This document shows positions 20,647 through 30,915 of a stretch of 64,000 nucleotides of DNA, in pieces; the first letter of the stretch is position 1, and each line of letters begins with the position of its first letter. The notes below the pieces were generated by a model, which was given only the letters and a program-made list of their open reading frames with translations, ran no database searches and was not told the DNA's origin. Source of the stretch: an uncultured Acidimicrobiia bacterium (GTDB lineage: Bacteria > Acidobacteriota > Terriglobia > Versatilivoradales > Versatilivoraceae); NCBI GenBank assembly GCA_963786955.1, contig CAWBAT010000005.1, positions 768,001 through 832,000 on the forward strand. Direction: 5' to 3'. Both the position numbers and the translations under genes were made by a program.

Positions 20647-21627
20647 ATGACTATGCCAGGAAAAAACAGGACAAACGTTCAGTTAGAAAGCCAGGGCGAG
20701 ATTGGGCAGGCAGGCGGAAATCTTGGGCCTTCCGACATCAAAACCATGGTTCAAGAAAGATATGGCGAGGCAGCATTACGAGTCCGTTCCAAGAAAAGCG
20801 GTTGCTGTGGAACGTCTTCCAACTTAAGCCAGAAGGACCCCATCACATCGGATCTTTACGAGAGCCAGCAGGTCGGCGAAATACCCGAAGAGGCGTTGCA
20901 GGCCTCATTAGGATGTGGAAACCCGACGGCCTTGGCCAGTCTGCGTCCCGGAGAAACCGTATTGGATCTGGGATCCGGTGGAGGGATCGATGTTTTGCTT
21001 TCGGCCAGACGGGTGGGGCCTACAGGCAAAGCCTTTGGCTTGGATATGACCGATCCGATGCTCGAACTGGCACGGGAGAATCAACGCAAGTCGGGTCTCA
21101 CAAACGTCGAATTCTTGAAGGGGGACATTGAGAATATTCCCCTTCCCGATCATTCGGTGGATGTCATCATTTCCAACTGCGTGATTAATCTGGCCGCTGA
21201 CAAAAATCGAGTGCTGCAGGAAGCGTTTCGGGTCCTGAGACCAGGGGGTCGGCTGGCCGTGTCGGATGTCGTGGTCAGAGGTGAAGTGCCACAAGAGATT
21301 CGCCGAAACATGGAGCTCTGGATTGGTTGCGTGGCCGGCGCGCTTCAGGAGTCAGAATATCTGGAGAAACTCGCCCAGGCAGGGTTTGAGGATATTCAAG
21401 TACAGCCAACTCGCATCTACCAAGGGGAAGATGCACGGGATTTTCTGACCGATTCCGGCCTGGATCCGGAAACTCTGGCTCCGGCGGTCGACGGGAAATT
21501 CATGAGTGCATTTATCCGAGCGAAAAAAGCCATTAATGTCATGAACCACGACGGTGGGAACGAAGGGCGGGCAGCGACATTATTGGTTATCGGTTATCGT
21601 CTATTTGTTATTGGTTATGTGTTGTAG
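20647..21627 (+). CDS. arsM: Arsenite S-adenosylmethyltransferase (true stop probably near 21543)
   Basis: [38 protein letters not shown]. Confidence 0.92.
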   Translation: MTMPGKNRTNVQLESQGEIGQAGGNLGPSDIKTMVQERYGEAALRVRSKKSGCCGTSSNLSQKDPITSDLYESQQVGEIPEEALQASLGCGNPTALASLRPGETVLDLGSGGGIDVLLSARRVGPTGKAFGLDMTDPMLELARENQRKSGLTNVEFLKGDIENIPLPDHSVDVIISNCVINLAADKNRVLQEAFRVLRPGGRLAVSDVVVRGEVPQEIRRNMELWIGCVAGALQESEYLEKLAQAGFEDIQVQPTRIYQGEDARDFLTDSGLDPETLAPAVDGKFMSAFIRAKKAINVMNHDGGNEGRAATLLVIGYRLFVIGYVL

Positions 21628-21721
21628 TCTTCGTTTCCCAGTGGTCATTTTTCATTTCTCAATTCGCCGTCATAAGTCAACGAAAAATGAAAATAGTAGA
21701 GAACCGATAGCGAATAACAAA
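21580..21721. repeat. Heptamer-array inverted-repeat element
   Basis: TTATTGG TTATCGG TTATCGT CTATTTG TTATTGG ... AGAGAACCGATAGCGAATAACAA; inner TCATTTTTC / GAAAAATGA. Confidence 0.55.
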
Positions 21722-21756
21722 TTCCACTTTTTTTATTCTCCGGTGGCTTTCCCCAA

Positions 21757-23353
21757 TCAATTGACTCGTTTCTCGCGTCCTTCCCAGAAAGGGCTGACGT
21801 AATTCCCGCTTCAGATATTTTTCCGGTCCCTCCTTTGGGTAACGAATCTCTGAAATGCACGGCTTTGGGGCACTTGAAATGAGCGAGTCCGGGTACGCGT
21901 GAAATCAATGATCTCTTGCTCGTTCAACTGGGTCCCAATTTTGGCACGACAATGGCAATTGGCAGCTCTCCCCAGCGGTCGTCCGGGATCCCAATGATCG
22001 CGCACTCCAGAACGGCTGGATGACTATAGAGGACGTTTTCAACTTCCGCCGAGGAAATATTTTCCCCACCGGAGATGATAATGTCCTTACTGCGATCTAC
22101 AATTCGCAGAGATCCTTCATTATCAACCGTTGCCAGGTCTCCGGTGTAAAACCAGTCGTCGCGAATGGCGTCCCGAGTGGCTTGCGGGTCTTTGAAATAT
22201 TCATTCATCACGACGTTGCTGCGGACAATCACTTCTCCAATCTCTTCATCATTAGGGGCTACTTCCTGACCTTCGGAATTGACCACGCGAATCTCGGCAA
22301 CGATCATTTCCCTCCCAGCCTTGTTTGGACATTCAATCTTCGAAGCGGATCCCACGTTTTCATCGGTGTCAGTTGGCAGTGCCAGGGAAATCACCGGAGA
22401 CGTTTCGGTAAGGCCATAGCCGGCGATGGCCAGACATTTGAACTTTTCTTCAATGCCTTGGATCAAGGTCAATGAAGCGGGAGCGCCTCCAATGATGGCC
22501 ATTTGAAGGCTACTCAGATCATAGTGGACCCGTTCCATGGCATGAATCAAAGCGGTAAAAACGGTGGGGACGGCGAAGATTCGACTGACCTTTTCATCTT
22601 GAACGAGTCGGAATATCTCTTGAGGGAGTGATTTTCCGAGTCATGACATGCTTGCCGCCTACTGCGGTCAGGAAGTGAGGTGAGCCCCATCCGTTGACGT
22701 GAAATAAAGGGACAACATGCAGAAGGACATCACGGTCGGAGAAATGCAGACAGGTCAAGAATCCCAAGGGCATGGAGATAGAGCGCCCGATGACTCAGCA
22801 CCACTCCTTTGGGGCGGCCCGTTGTCCCTGAAGTATAGAAAAGTTCAGCAGGAGCATTTTCGTCAGTTGACCGGTTCAAAAATGTATTTTCGCCCGCTGC
22901 GGCAAGCAAAGCCTCATACTCTTGACAATTTCCGGGAAGCGTTGAATTGGTATCAATCTCGACGAAATACTTCACTGTATTCAGGCGCGGTTGCAACTTT
23001 TGGATCAAGAGACGAAAGTCGGAGTGGTAAAAAACAATTTGCGACTCGGAATGGTTGAGGATGAATCCAATTTCTTCGCCTGCTAGGCGGACATTAATCG
23101 GATTGAGGATGGCTCCGAGCTTGAATGATCCCATAGTAAGCTTCCAACAGGTGATGGGTATTATTTGAGACAAATGAAACGACATCTGCTTTCCTGAATA
23201 CCCATGAGAATGCAGTCCCATGGCAAGCCTGTTGACACGATCCCCAAATTCCGAATAGGTAAATCGCTTCGAGCCATCAACAACTCCTATCTTTTGAGGG
23301 TAGAGATGGATTGCACGGCGGCGGAATTCCAATGGGGTCAGAGGAACAACCAT
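21757..23353 (-). CDS. Long-chain acyl-CoA synthetase / AMP-binding enzyme (frameshifted)
   Basis: PLTPLEF, YTSGTTGRPKGV, GYGLTET, WFYTGDL, DIIISGGENISSAEVE. Confidence 0.88.
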
Positions 23354-23766
23354 TGATTTCGTTTACTCCTCAACGTATTTTTCGTTCATAGATTGAGCAA
23401 TTTAAAGGGAGAGCGAGACTTCCGGCCAATCTATCAAACGGAAGGCTGATTTCTAGAGAAGGATGTCCCATAATTCCTGATTTCCATCCCATGGGCATTC
23501 TTGCGGGCAGGATTTTGACCGGAATCGATTGCAAATTCCAGCCCGGATTGTTAGATTTTAAGCGTAGTTGAGGAGTCCATCCAAAATCAACAATATATTG
23601 AAGATTGCAAGACATCTTACCGAACCCCTCATTCGGCTGAGCATGACGGACTCCTCTCCCGCACGAATAGAGGGGTGCCGAAGGCGGGGGGGGGAGAAGC
23701 ATAAAACAGAGTCACCTTTGAAGCAGTCAACTCTGATTTGTAAACATCGAAAATGAGGAGATCTTC

Positions 23767-24658
23767 ATGAGACCAATCTCTAGGCGACAGTTTGCTACCC
23801 AACTCACTATGGCCACAGGGAGCATGGCATTGCCCCTTCATCTGGCATGGGCACAGAAGGCACCGAGTTCGATGGTCGATGGTGTCCAACTGGGTGTCCA
23901 AAGTTATAGCTTTCGCGATCGGGACTTTGAACAAGCCATCAAAGCGATTGTAGAAGTGGGCATTAACAGTTGTGAACTCTGGAGCGGGCATTTGGAACCG
24001 CAGGGACTCGGGCCTGACAAGCTCCGCCGCTGGCGATTGGAAACTCCGTTGTCCTACTTTGAGAATGCCGGGCAGAAACTTCGAAACGCAGGGATTCAGT
24101 TGAACGCTTATAACTACAGCTTTAGAAAAGAAATGTCGGAGCGAAGAACTCCAACGTGGATTTCAGATGACCCAGCGCGCTAGGAGCCCCATCCATTACT
24201 GCCTCATCCAACCCGAGTATGGCCAAGCGGATAGACGAGTATGCCTCAGAAATTCAAAATGCGAGTCGGCATGCACAACCACGCTCAGGGAGGAAAAGGA
24301 GATGAATACGATGGGCCAAAGGACTTTGCGGCTGCCATGACTGGAAGCTCACTCTACATTTGCATCAATCTCGATATCGGGCATTTTGTGGCCGCCGGAT
24401 TTGATCCCGTGGATTTTATTGATCAGCACCACGCCCGAATCGTGACGCTGCACATCAAGGATCGCAAGAAGAATCTTGGCGTGAGACTCCCCGACTTTAA
24501 AATTCGGTACCGGCGACACGCCCATCCGGGAAGTCCTTTTACTCCTCAAGAAGAAGCAATACAAGATTCCTGCCAACATCGAGCACGAGATCGATGGTCA
24601 ACCTTCTCTCGAAGGAGTGAGAGAATCGCTCGATTACTGCAAGAAAGCACTCGCTTAA
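23767..24658 (+). CDS. Tat-exported sugar phosphate isomerase/epimerase (TIM barrel), frameshifted
   Basis: SRRQF signal, GVQSYSFRD, VGMHNH, NLDIGHF, LHIKD. Confidence 0.8.
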
Positions 24659-24726
24659 GAGTGGCGAACAGGCCATTGAATATGTCGGCTATTGCACTCC
24701 CCTTTAGCCTTCACTCGTAAAGATTT

Positions 24727-24902
24727 GAACCGCCAAGAAAAGCTAAAAAGGCTGAAGCTGTCACTTACGACTTCGGCTCCAGCTCACTTCTTTCAGGCCA
24801 ATTTGAGATCCGACTTATCCAAACAAAAGGGTTTCAGTAAGGTCCTTGCCTTCAGTCTTTCTTTCTTGGCACACTTTGCGTCCTTGGCGTTCTTAGCGAT
24901 TC
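24727..24902. mobile_element. 9-mer-arm element copy, 176 bp
   Basis: GAACCGCCAAG ... CTTGGCACA CTTTGCGTC CTTGGCGTT CTTAGCGAT TC; same AAAGATTT prefix as the 14725 copy. Confidence 0.7.
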
Positions 24903-24930
24903 CTTCATTTGTTTGGCCCAATAAAGACTA

Positions 24931-25219
24931 GAACCGCCAAGAGCGCCAAGAAAAGGGTCGAAAACCTGGACCCCCTGGCCCATTAGTCCTATTGGTCGAA
25001 TGGCCCTTCCCGATGATTTCTGAGAACTCGCTGGATGCCGTCGCGCACGGGGTGCGCGCCTTACTACAGCGACCACCGCTTCCCCCTCCTTAGCTAAGGA
25101 GGGGAACCAAAATTGAGTTCGTTCACAACTTCCTCCACTGGAGGGGAATTGAGGTAGGTCCGCTTCTTCATTCGCCCCAAGAATTCCGGCTTGGGGGAAC
25201 TTTGCGTCCTTGGCGTTTC
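24931..25219. mobile_element. 9-mer-arm element retaining the 3' end of a GxxExxY gene plus an inserted palindrome
   Basis: Arms GAACCGCCAAG AGCGCCAAG / CTTGGGGGAA CTTTGCGTC CTTGGCGTTTC. 25029-25047 is identical to 27403-27421. Minus strand reads RDGIQRVLRNHREGPFDQ*. Confidence 0.8.
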
Positions 25220-25379
25220 GATCTTTTGAGATACTTGGGAACAACAATGATTCAATCTTGAGTGGATGTTCATAAGCAAACGTCACATGCTAGGCATTTC
25301 ACGCATTTCGCCGTTTCATGAACAGTGAGAACGGCTTCCCCGCAAGATTTGACAATAGGTTGGGAGAGCATCTTTCCGT

Positions 25380-25988
25380 TTACTTCGACACAAAGGAATT
25401 CCCTTTAATATAAAACCTCCATGATTTTGAAAGCCACGGCTCTGGTGTCTTGCCGAGTCCGATCCGAGGAGAAGCGATGATCTCTCTGTCATCGGGTTTT
25501 ACTCCGGGTTCGATCCTGAGCGAAGATGCTTTCTCACAAAAATCTAAACCATTTTCAGCTTTTTGGATGGCCATCGCCTGAGTGAGACGACCGGGGCCCT
25601 TGCAGAGCAGCGAAATCTCGTTCATTCCACGCAAATGGCGCATGACCTCGATTCCTTCGATGGGTTCAACGGCTCGAATGAGGACCGCTGCCGGAAACCC
25701 TTCCTTCTCTGCCACGACGTTTAGCATCCAATGCATCCCATAAGTAAAGTAAACGTAAGCAAAGCCGGGAGGCCCATACATGATTTCCGTTCTCTTTGTC
25801 CGGCCAGCTTTAGCATGACAGGCGAGGTCCTCTTCCCCTCGATACGCCTCTGCTTCAACAATTCTGCCCGAGAGCCGAGTCCCATTCGATTGCCGGACCA
25901 GCAGACACCCAAGCAAATCGCGAGCCACAACTTCTGTGCGGCGCAGGAAGAAGGAGCGTGGTATTGAAGTTTGTGAATTCCGTCTCAT
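25380..25988 (-). CDS. mpg: DNA-3-methyladenine glycosylase (MPG/AAG type)
   Basis: VARDLLG, GRIVEAEAY, YVYFTYGMH, AVLIRAVEP, GPGRL, PRIG. Confidence 0.92.
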   Translation of the reverse strand: MRRNSQTSIPRSFFLRRTEVVARDLLGCLLVRQSNGTRLSGRIVEAEAYRGEEDLACHAKAGRTKRTEIMYGPPGFAYVYFTYGMHWMLNVVAEKEGFPAAVLIRAVEPIEGIEVMRHLRGMNEISLLCKGPGRLTQAMAIQKAENGLDFCEKASSLRIEPGVKPDDREIIASPRIGLGKTPEPWLSKSWRFYIKGNSFVSK

Positions 25989-26028
25989 CGTTCAGCCGTT
26001 TGGGAAGACCGACCTTCTTTGAGAATAC

Positions 26029-27066
26029 TTACTCTACCCAGTCCGCTATGAAAACGTTTGTTTCTCCCCGTACTTTTCCATTTCGGTTGGAAGCAAACAC
26101 GAGTTTCTTGCCGTCGGGAGAGAACATGGGGAAGCCGTCAAAAGTTTCATTGAAAGTAATCTGCTCGAGTCCCGAGCCATCCAGGCTAATCAGGAACAAA
26201 TCAAAGTTCCTGCCCTTAGGGTCTTGGACATTTGACGAGAAGATGATCTTCCTTCCGCTGGGATGAAAAAAAGGACAAAAAGTTGCTGCATGAAACGAGG
26301 TGATTTGAGTGGAGTGAGAGCCGTCCGCATCCATGACAAATAGCTCCAATTCCCGAGGCTCGATCAGATTTTGGGCTAGCAACTCTTTGTAATGAGCCAG
26401 AGCTTTTTCGTCGGCTGGATGATGAGCCCGATAGACGATCTTTTGGCTATCCGGAGAGAAGAAAGCACCCCCGTCGTACCCGGGTGTCCGTGTCAGGCGG
26501 CGAACATCCGTACCATCCGTCTTCATAGAATAGAGTTCCAGATCTCCATCCCGAACGGAGGTAAAGACAATTCTTTTCCCATCCGGGGAAATCGTTGCCT
26601 CGGCATCATAGCCGGGGGTTGTCGTGAGTCGCTTTAATTTTCCGCTGAGATCGGAAAGAAAAATGTCGTAATCCTTCTCAAGGGACCAGACATAACCGCG
26701 GGAATAATCCGGCTTGGGTGGGCAAGCCTCTCCTCCCAAGTGGGTTGAGGAATAAATAAAATGCTGCCCGTCTGGAAGGAAGTAAGAACAAGTCGTTCGC
26801 CCTTTCCCTGTGCTGACCCGGTGGACGTCACTGCCATCACCATTCATGATGTAGATCTGATCACAGGGCCACTCGCCGCGGGTGGATTGAAAGATTAATT
26901 TCTTTCCATCAAACGAGAAATAAGCCTCCGCGTTTTCGCCACCAAATGTCAATTGACGGATGTTCTTAAGGTGTTTCTCAGGGCTGGATAATTCTTGAGC
27001 AGCAGGCTTCATCGAAAAGAAAGCGACCGGGAATAGAAGAGCAAGTATCAGTTGGCGAATAGTCAT
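26029..27066 (-). CDS. TolB-like PD40 beta-propeller protein, secreted
   Basis: QLTFGGENAEAYFS, GYDAEATISPDG, FDGFPMFSPDG, TNVFIADW. Confidence 0.85.
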   Translation of the reverse strand: MTIRQLILALLFPVAFFSMKPAAQELSSPEKHLKNIRQLTFGGENAEAYFSFDGKKLIFQSTRGEWPCDQIYIMNGDGSDVHRVSTGKGRTTCSYFLPDGQHFIYSSTHLGGEACPPKPDYSRGYVWSLEKDYDIFLSDLSGKLKRLTTTPGYDAEATISPDGKRIVFTSVRDGDLELYSMKTDGTDVRRLTRTPGYDGGAFFSPDSQKIVYRAHHPADEKALAHYKELLAQNLIEPRELELFVMDADGSHSTQITSFHAATFCPFFHPSGRKIIFSSNVQDPKGRNFDLFLISLDGSGLEQITFNETFDGFPMFSPDGKKLVFASNRNGKVRGETNVFIADWVE

Positions 27067-27300
27067 GGCAGGGAAGTTTTTAACGGGGGAAAATGCGGAC
27101 GAGACGCCTGCGCCCCCGGTTTGATTCATCGAATTGAAAATGGCTCCATAAACTCCGTGCGACAGAGTTATTATACATCCAGCAACCCTTTATACTGACT
27201 ACTGCGAACGTGCAAAGGTTTGCGGAAATTGCCGTAGCCGAGCACGTTGACCAATGCGCGCTAACTTTATAAGGCTTTCCTCGCCTGCCGCAGGAAGAAC

Positions 27301-27802
27301 GAAACGCCAAGAGCGCCAAGTACACCAAGAAAAGGGGATACACCTCGGTCAGCGGCCTGATCTTAACCTACCCGTAGTTCTTCAGGATGCTTTCTGGCTA
27401 CCCGCTGGATGCCGTCGCGCAACAAAATCGCGTTCCAATTGATGATCAACCCCAAAGACAAGCCGCTCAATTTCAAGTATGTCAGCAACTGAGCGAGGTG
27501 GATGGGGAGAACTTTTTCGACCGTCTGGTTTTCCACCAACACCAATTGGTCGATTCGCATGTCGATGCGGCAACCGACCTCAATAAGCACCCCTGCAAAC
27601 TCTAGCGGAAAAGCGACTTGGCATTCGACCTGGTGGCGACGTCTTTGGAGCTCTTGTGCCAGACAAGCCTGATAGGCCGATTCCAGCAGCCCGGGCCCCA
27701 AGGCGCGAGGCACCCTGAGTACAGCGTAACAATATCCTGAGCTACTTCGTCGGCGGACATGAAGGCTCCAACTCTTGGCGAACTTTGCGTTCTTGGCGTT
27801 TC
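27301..27802. mobile_element. GxxExxY cassette flanked by inverted 9-mer-array arms (putative full-length element)
   Basis: Left arm GAAACGCCAAG AGCGCCAAG TACACCAAG A; right arm reverse complement GAAACGCCAAG AACGCAAAG TTCGCCAAG A. Confidence 0.75.
27363..27760 (-). CDS. GxxExxY protein (PD-(D/E)XK-like nuclease family); 1-bp frameshift near 27728 and atypical residues, possibly decayed
   Basis: LGPGLLESAYQACL, RIDM, LVE, HLAQLLTYLKLSGLSLGLIINW, DGIQRV. Likely start MSADEVAQDIV after GGAG. Confidence 0.85.
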
Positions 27803-27955
27803 CCAATTCTGGGCCTCATCTGCTCAACCGAGGATCCCCGAATGAACCCATCATCCAAGCTTTGGTTAGCACTTATGGGTTGTTGACCCTGGCCGACCCC
27901 AGAGGAGCCATGGATGACACGATCTTCTGATACTTAGGATTGGCTCCAACCTGCG

Positions 27956-29320
27956 TCAGCCGGTCACAGCCCGGATGCTCTCGTATGTGGCTTCGAGTAA
28001 TTCACTCAGCTGTTTCTTCGTGATGCTGAGCGGTGGCATGATGACGATCACATCCCCTAAGGGACGAAGAATAACACCCCTTTGGCGGGCCTCCAAGATC
28101 ACTTGGTGGCCAACACGCGCATTTGAGGGATAGGGAGTGCGCTGCTTCTTGTCTCGGACCAGCTCAATCCCTACGATGAAACCGGCTTGCCTAATATCTC
28201 CCACATGAGGAAGCATCTCAAACGCTTTGAGCTGATTTGAAAGATAGCGGATTTTAGGTTGGAGGCGACGTAATGTTCTCTCCTCTCGAAATATCCGCAG
28301 GTTCGCGAGTGCGGCGGCACACGCCACCGGGTTACCGGTATAGGTGTGGCCGTGAAAAAAGGACTTAAACTCCGAATGCTCCCCCAGGAAGCCATCAAAG
28401 ATCTCCTCAGTGGTCAGCGTCGCAGCTAATGGCAAGATACCTCCGCTGAGTCCTTTGGCGAGAGCTAAAAAATCCGGACGGACTTTTTCACGCTCGCAGG
28501 CAAACATCGTCCCAGTCCGTCCAAAGCCTGTTGCCACTTCATCCAGAATCAGATGAACCTGGTATTTCCGGCATTCTCTTTCAATCTGTTTCAAAAACCC
28601 CGGCGGCATGGTCAGCATTCCGGCAGCCCCTTGGATGGCGGGTTCAACGACGACCGCACAGACTTCCTGGTGATGAGCTTGCAGGGTTTCTCTAAAATCC
28701 TTGAAGCAATAAATGTCGCACGAATGCACTTCCTTCCCGAAGGGGCAACGATAACAAGACGGGTAGAAGGATTTGATCGAATGAAACAACAAGGGCTTGA
28801 ACATCTTGTGGAATAGGTCAACCCCGCCCAAACTCACCGAGCCAAGAGTGTCTCCGTGGTAGGCATTGGTAAAGGAAACAAAGGTGCGTTTTCGCGAATG
28901 GGCCTTTCCTTTTTGCCTCCAATATTGGAACGACATCTTCAGTGCCACTTCCACTGCCGTTGAGCCATCATCCGAATAAAATACTCTGGAAAGATTCGCT
29001 GGTGCGAATCGCAACAGTGCTTCTGCCAGTTCGATGGCAGGAATGTTCGACAGTCCGAGAAAGGTGCTGTGATCTAGTCGGCTGACTTGTTTTCGAACTG
29101 CTTGAATCAGGGTGGGATGACGATGGCCGTGAATATTAGCCCACAACGAGGAAACGCCATCCATGTATTTCTTTCCTTGGACGTCGTAGAGATATACGCC
29201 TTTAGCTCGTTCAATCACGAGCTGAGGGGCATTCTGCCATTCCCTCATTTGAGTGAAGGGATGCCACAAGTGAGACTTGTCAGCAGATTCGTAATCTTTA
29301 GGGGTGCGTTTGGATTTCAT
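27956..29320 (-). CDS. bioA: Adenosylmethionine-8-amino-7-oxononanoate aminotransferase
   Basis: LWHPFTQM, DGVSSLW, SDDGSTAVEVALKM, DEVATGFGRTG, FFHGHTYTGNP. Confidence 0.95.
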   Translation of the reverse strand: MKSKRTPKDYESADKSHLWHPFTQMREWQNAPQLVIERAKGVYLYDVQGKKYMDGVSSLWANIHGHRHPTLIQAVRKQVSRLDHSTFLGLSNIPAIELAEALLRFAPANLSRVFYSDDGSTAVEVALKMSFQYWRQKGKAHSRKRTFVSFTNAYHGDTLGSVSLGGVDLFHKMFKPLLFHSIKSFYPSCYRCPFGKEVHSCDIYCFKDFRETLQAHHQEVCAVVVEPAIQGAAGMLTMPPGFLKQIERECRKYQVHLILDEVATGFGRTGTMFACEREKVRPDFLALAKGLSGGILPLAATLTTEEIFDGFLGEHSEFKSFFHGHTYTGNPVACAAALANLRIFREERTLRRLQPKIRYLSNQLKAFEMLPHVGDIRQAGFIVGIELVRDKKQRTPYPSNARVGHQVILEARQRGVILRPLGDVIVIMPPLSITKKQLSELLEATYESIRAVTG

Positions 29321-29425
29321 TGGAGGAAATCAGTGCTATTCTCCAATGAGAATGGATATCGAATAGAATGGCATTCGGCACTACAGCAAAATGAATCCGA
29401 AAGACGGGATGAGACAGTACCTTTC

Positions 29426-29917
29426 TCAAGTCTTGGACTTGTCGTCAGGTCCCTTCTCTTTGAGGGACCGGTCGTAGTATTGCGTGATGTCCCCTTTGGA
29501 ATATTGGACTCCCAAGACTGTAAAATCCACTAAGGCAGATTTCACCACAAACATGAGTCGATTGTTACTGTTCGGGTCGGGGGGCTTTAAGTAAAAACCA
29601 TCTTCCACGAGAAACTTAATCGTATTGGCGACGATGCCCTCGATGGATTCGCTATCCAGGAAATGCAAACGGACCCACAGGCCATCGATCTTTGGTTGGC
29701 TCTCAAAGAACTTGACCTCTGAATACTCTTTGTCTCCGGAAAATTTCCGGACAAAGAAGAGCGCTTTGACATCCCGCTTGGAGATCTGAATTGTTTCCTC
29801 AGTCAAAGAGGCGATCGTGAGTTGATCCGCCGTAAGCAGATCGGGTGTGCCTTCAATATACCCTTTCAGGACTTCCCCATTCAGTTTTCTGAGAATCACT
29901 TTTCGTTTCTCGTCCAT
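29426..29917 (-). CDS. Conserved hypothetical protein, duplicated small beta domain (DUF6982-like)
   Basis: GEVLKGY...VKALFFVRKFSG and DSESIEG...GFYLKPPDPNSNN; family assignment from memory only. Confidence 0.6.
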   Translation of the reverse strand: MDEKRKVILRKLNGEVLKGYIEGTPDLLTADQLTIASLTEETIQISKRDVKALFFVRKFSGDKEYSEVKFFESQPKIDGLWVRLHFLDSESIEGIVANTIKFLVEDGFYLKPPDPNSNNRLMFVVKSALVDFTVLGVQYSKGDITQYYDRSLKEKGPDDKSKT

Positions 29918-30063
29918 AGATCCTCTGGAAAGAATTCCGCTCTGCGCTTTATCCTTTAAGCCAATGGTTCATCCCGCTAGTTTCATCGGCACCATATCAT
30001 GAAGTCAAAGAAATCCGAAATCAAGGTCGTTTTAGAAATCACTCCAGACGCCGTTGTGGTAAC

Positions 30064-30166
30064 TAATACAAACGCATTAAATTGGCGTCGCAATCTCGCT
30101 TGGGTAGCCACGCTGAGCAAAGCGAGGCGTGGGTGATTCGTAACAATACATAATGCGTTTGTATTA
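30064..30166. repeat. Element with perfect 16-bp TIR enclosing a GTAG REP-like hairpin
   Basis: TAATACAAACGCATTA / TAATGCGTTTGTATTA; internal GTAGCCACGC...GCGTGG (30104-30132). Confidence 0.65.
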
Positions 30167-30357
30167 ATATTGTTCTGGTGACAAGAGCGAAACAGTTTTA
30201 CTCAACAAACCTTCCTTGAGATGAGCATTATACGCATGGGGCAGGGAGGGGACAACTAAGTTATAAAGAGAGGCCACTGGAATCCGGAAAGGGGATCCGC
30301 TTGATATCTCAGCGGAGAATAAGTGATAATCGTGCGGCCCTCTAAGTTCCCCCTTGC

Positions 30358-30447
<90 letters not shown>

Positions 30448-30498
30448 ATTATTTCAATCATTTAAACGAGTATTTTTGGCAAGAGACTGGAAGTCTTT

Positions 30499-30822
30499 TC
30501 AAGCGGAAATATTGGCTGGTGCTGGCTTATACCCTGAAACCAGGGCTTCCTTGGAATCACTTGAAACCGGGTCATGGTCAAGCGTAATCCCCAAAGTCTC
30601 TAACAACCTCTTTGTCTGCCCCTCAAGCTTGTTGAGGATACGCTTTCTTTTCTTGAAACTCGTCCTATCCCCAATGATCTTCATGTTCCCCCTGTACTTC
30701 TGAGCAATACTTTCGAGCGCTTCAACGAAGCTGAGTAGCTTGCAGATCCTCTGCAAGCACTCCAGTTGGTCTTTGTTAAAGACAGAACTGCTTTTGTCTC
30801 GACTCCGCTGGCTCAGTAACAT
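30499..30822 (-). CDS. Hypothetical protein, probably an island relic next to the tRNA
   Basis: 107-aa ORF with GAGGG upstream, convergent on the tRNA; no recognised motif. Confidence 0.35.
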   Translation of the reverse strand: MLLSQRSRDKSSSVFNKDQLECLQRICKLLSFVEALESIAQKYRGNMKIIGDRTSFKKRKRILNKLEGQTKRLLETLGITLDHDPVSSDSKEALVSGYKPAPANISA

Positions 30823-30853
30823 GGACGCTTCCCTCGGCTTTCCATGTTTTAAG

Positions 30854-30915
30854 TTTGTCGGGCAGAGAAGGCGGAAAAGTTCCTTCCTTTTCGGGGATCA
30901 GCCTATCCCGACAAA
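30854..30915 (-). ncRNA. Putative structured RNA leader
   Basis: Closing stem TTTGTCGGG/CCCGACAAA with inner GAAGG/CCTTC stem; lies upstream of ORF 30499-30822. Confidence 0.35.

Noticed and set aside
21544-21627. Hydrophobic C-terminal extension of ArsM
   Set aside because: Probably an extra A in a homopolymer; the corrected frame ends RAKKPLMS* and the tail is the heptamer repeat.
3263-27802. 9-mer repeats as a CRISPR array or integron attC sites
   Set aside because: Dispersed inverted pairs without regular repeat-spacer periodicity; no cas or intI genes; no GTTRRRY/RYYYAAC boxes seen at the ends.
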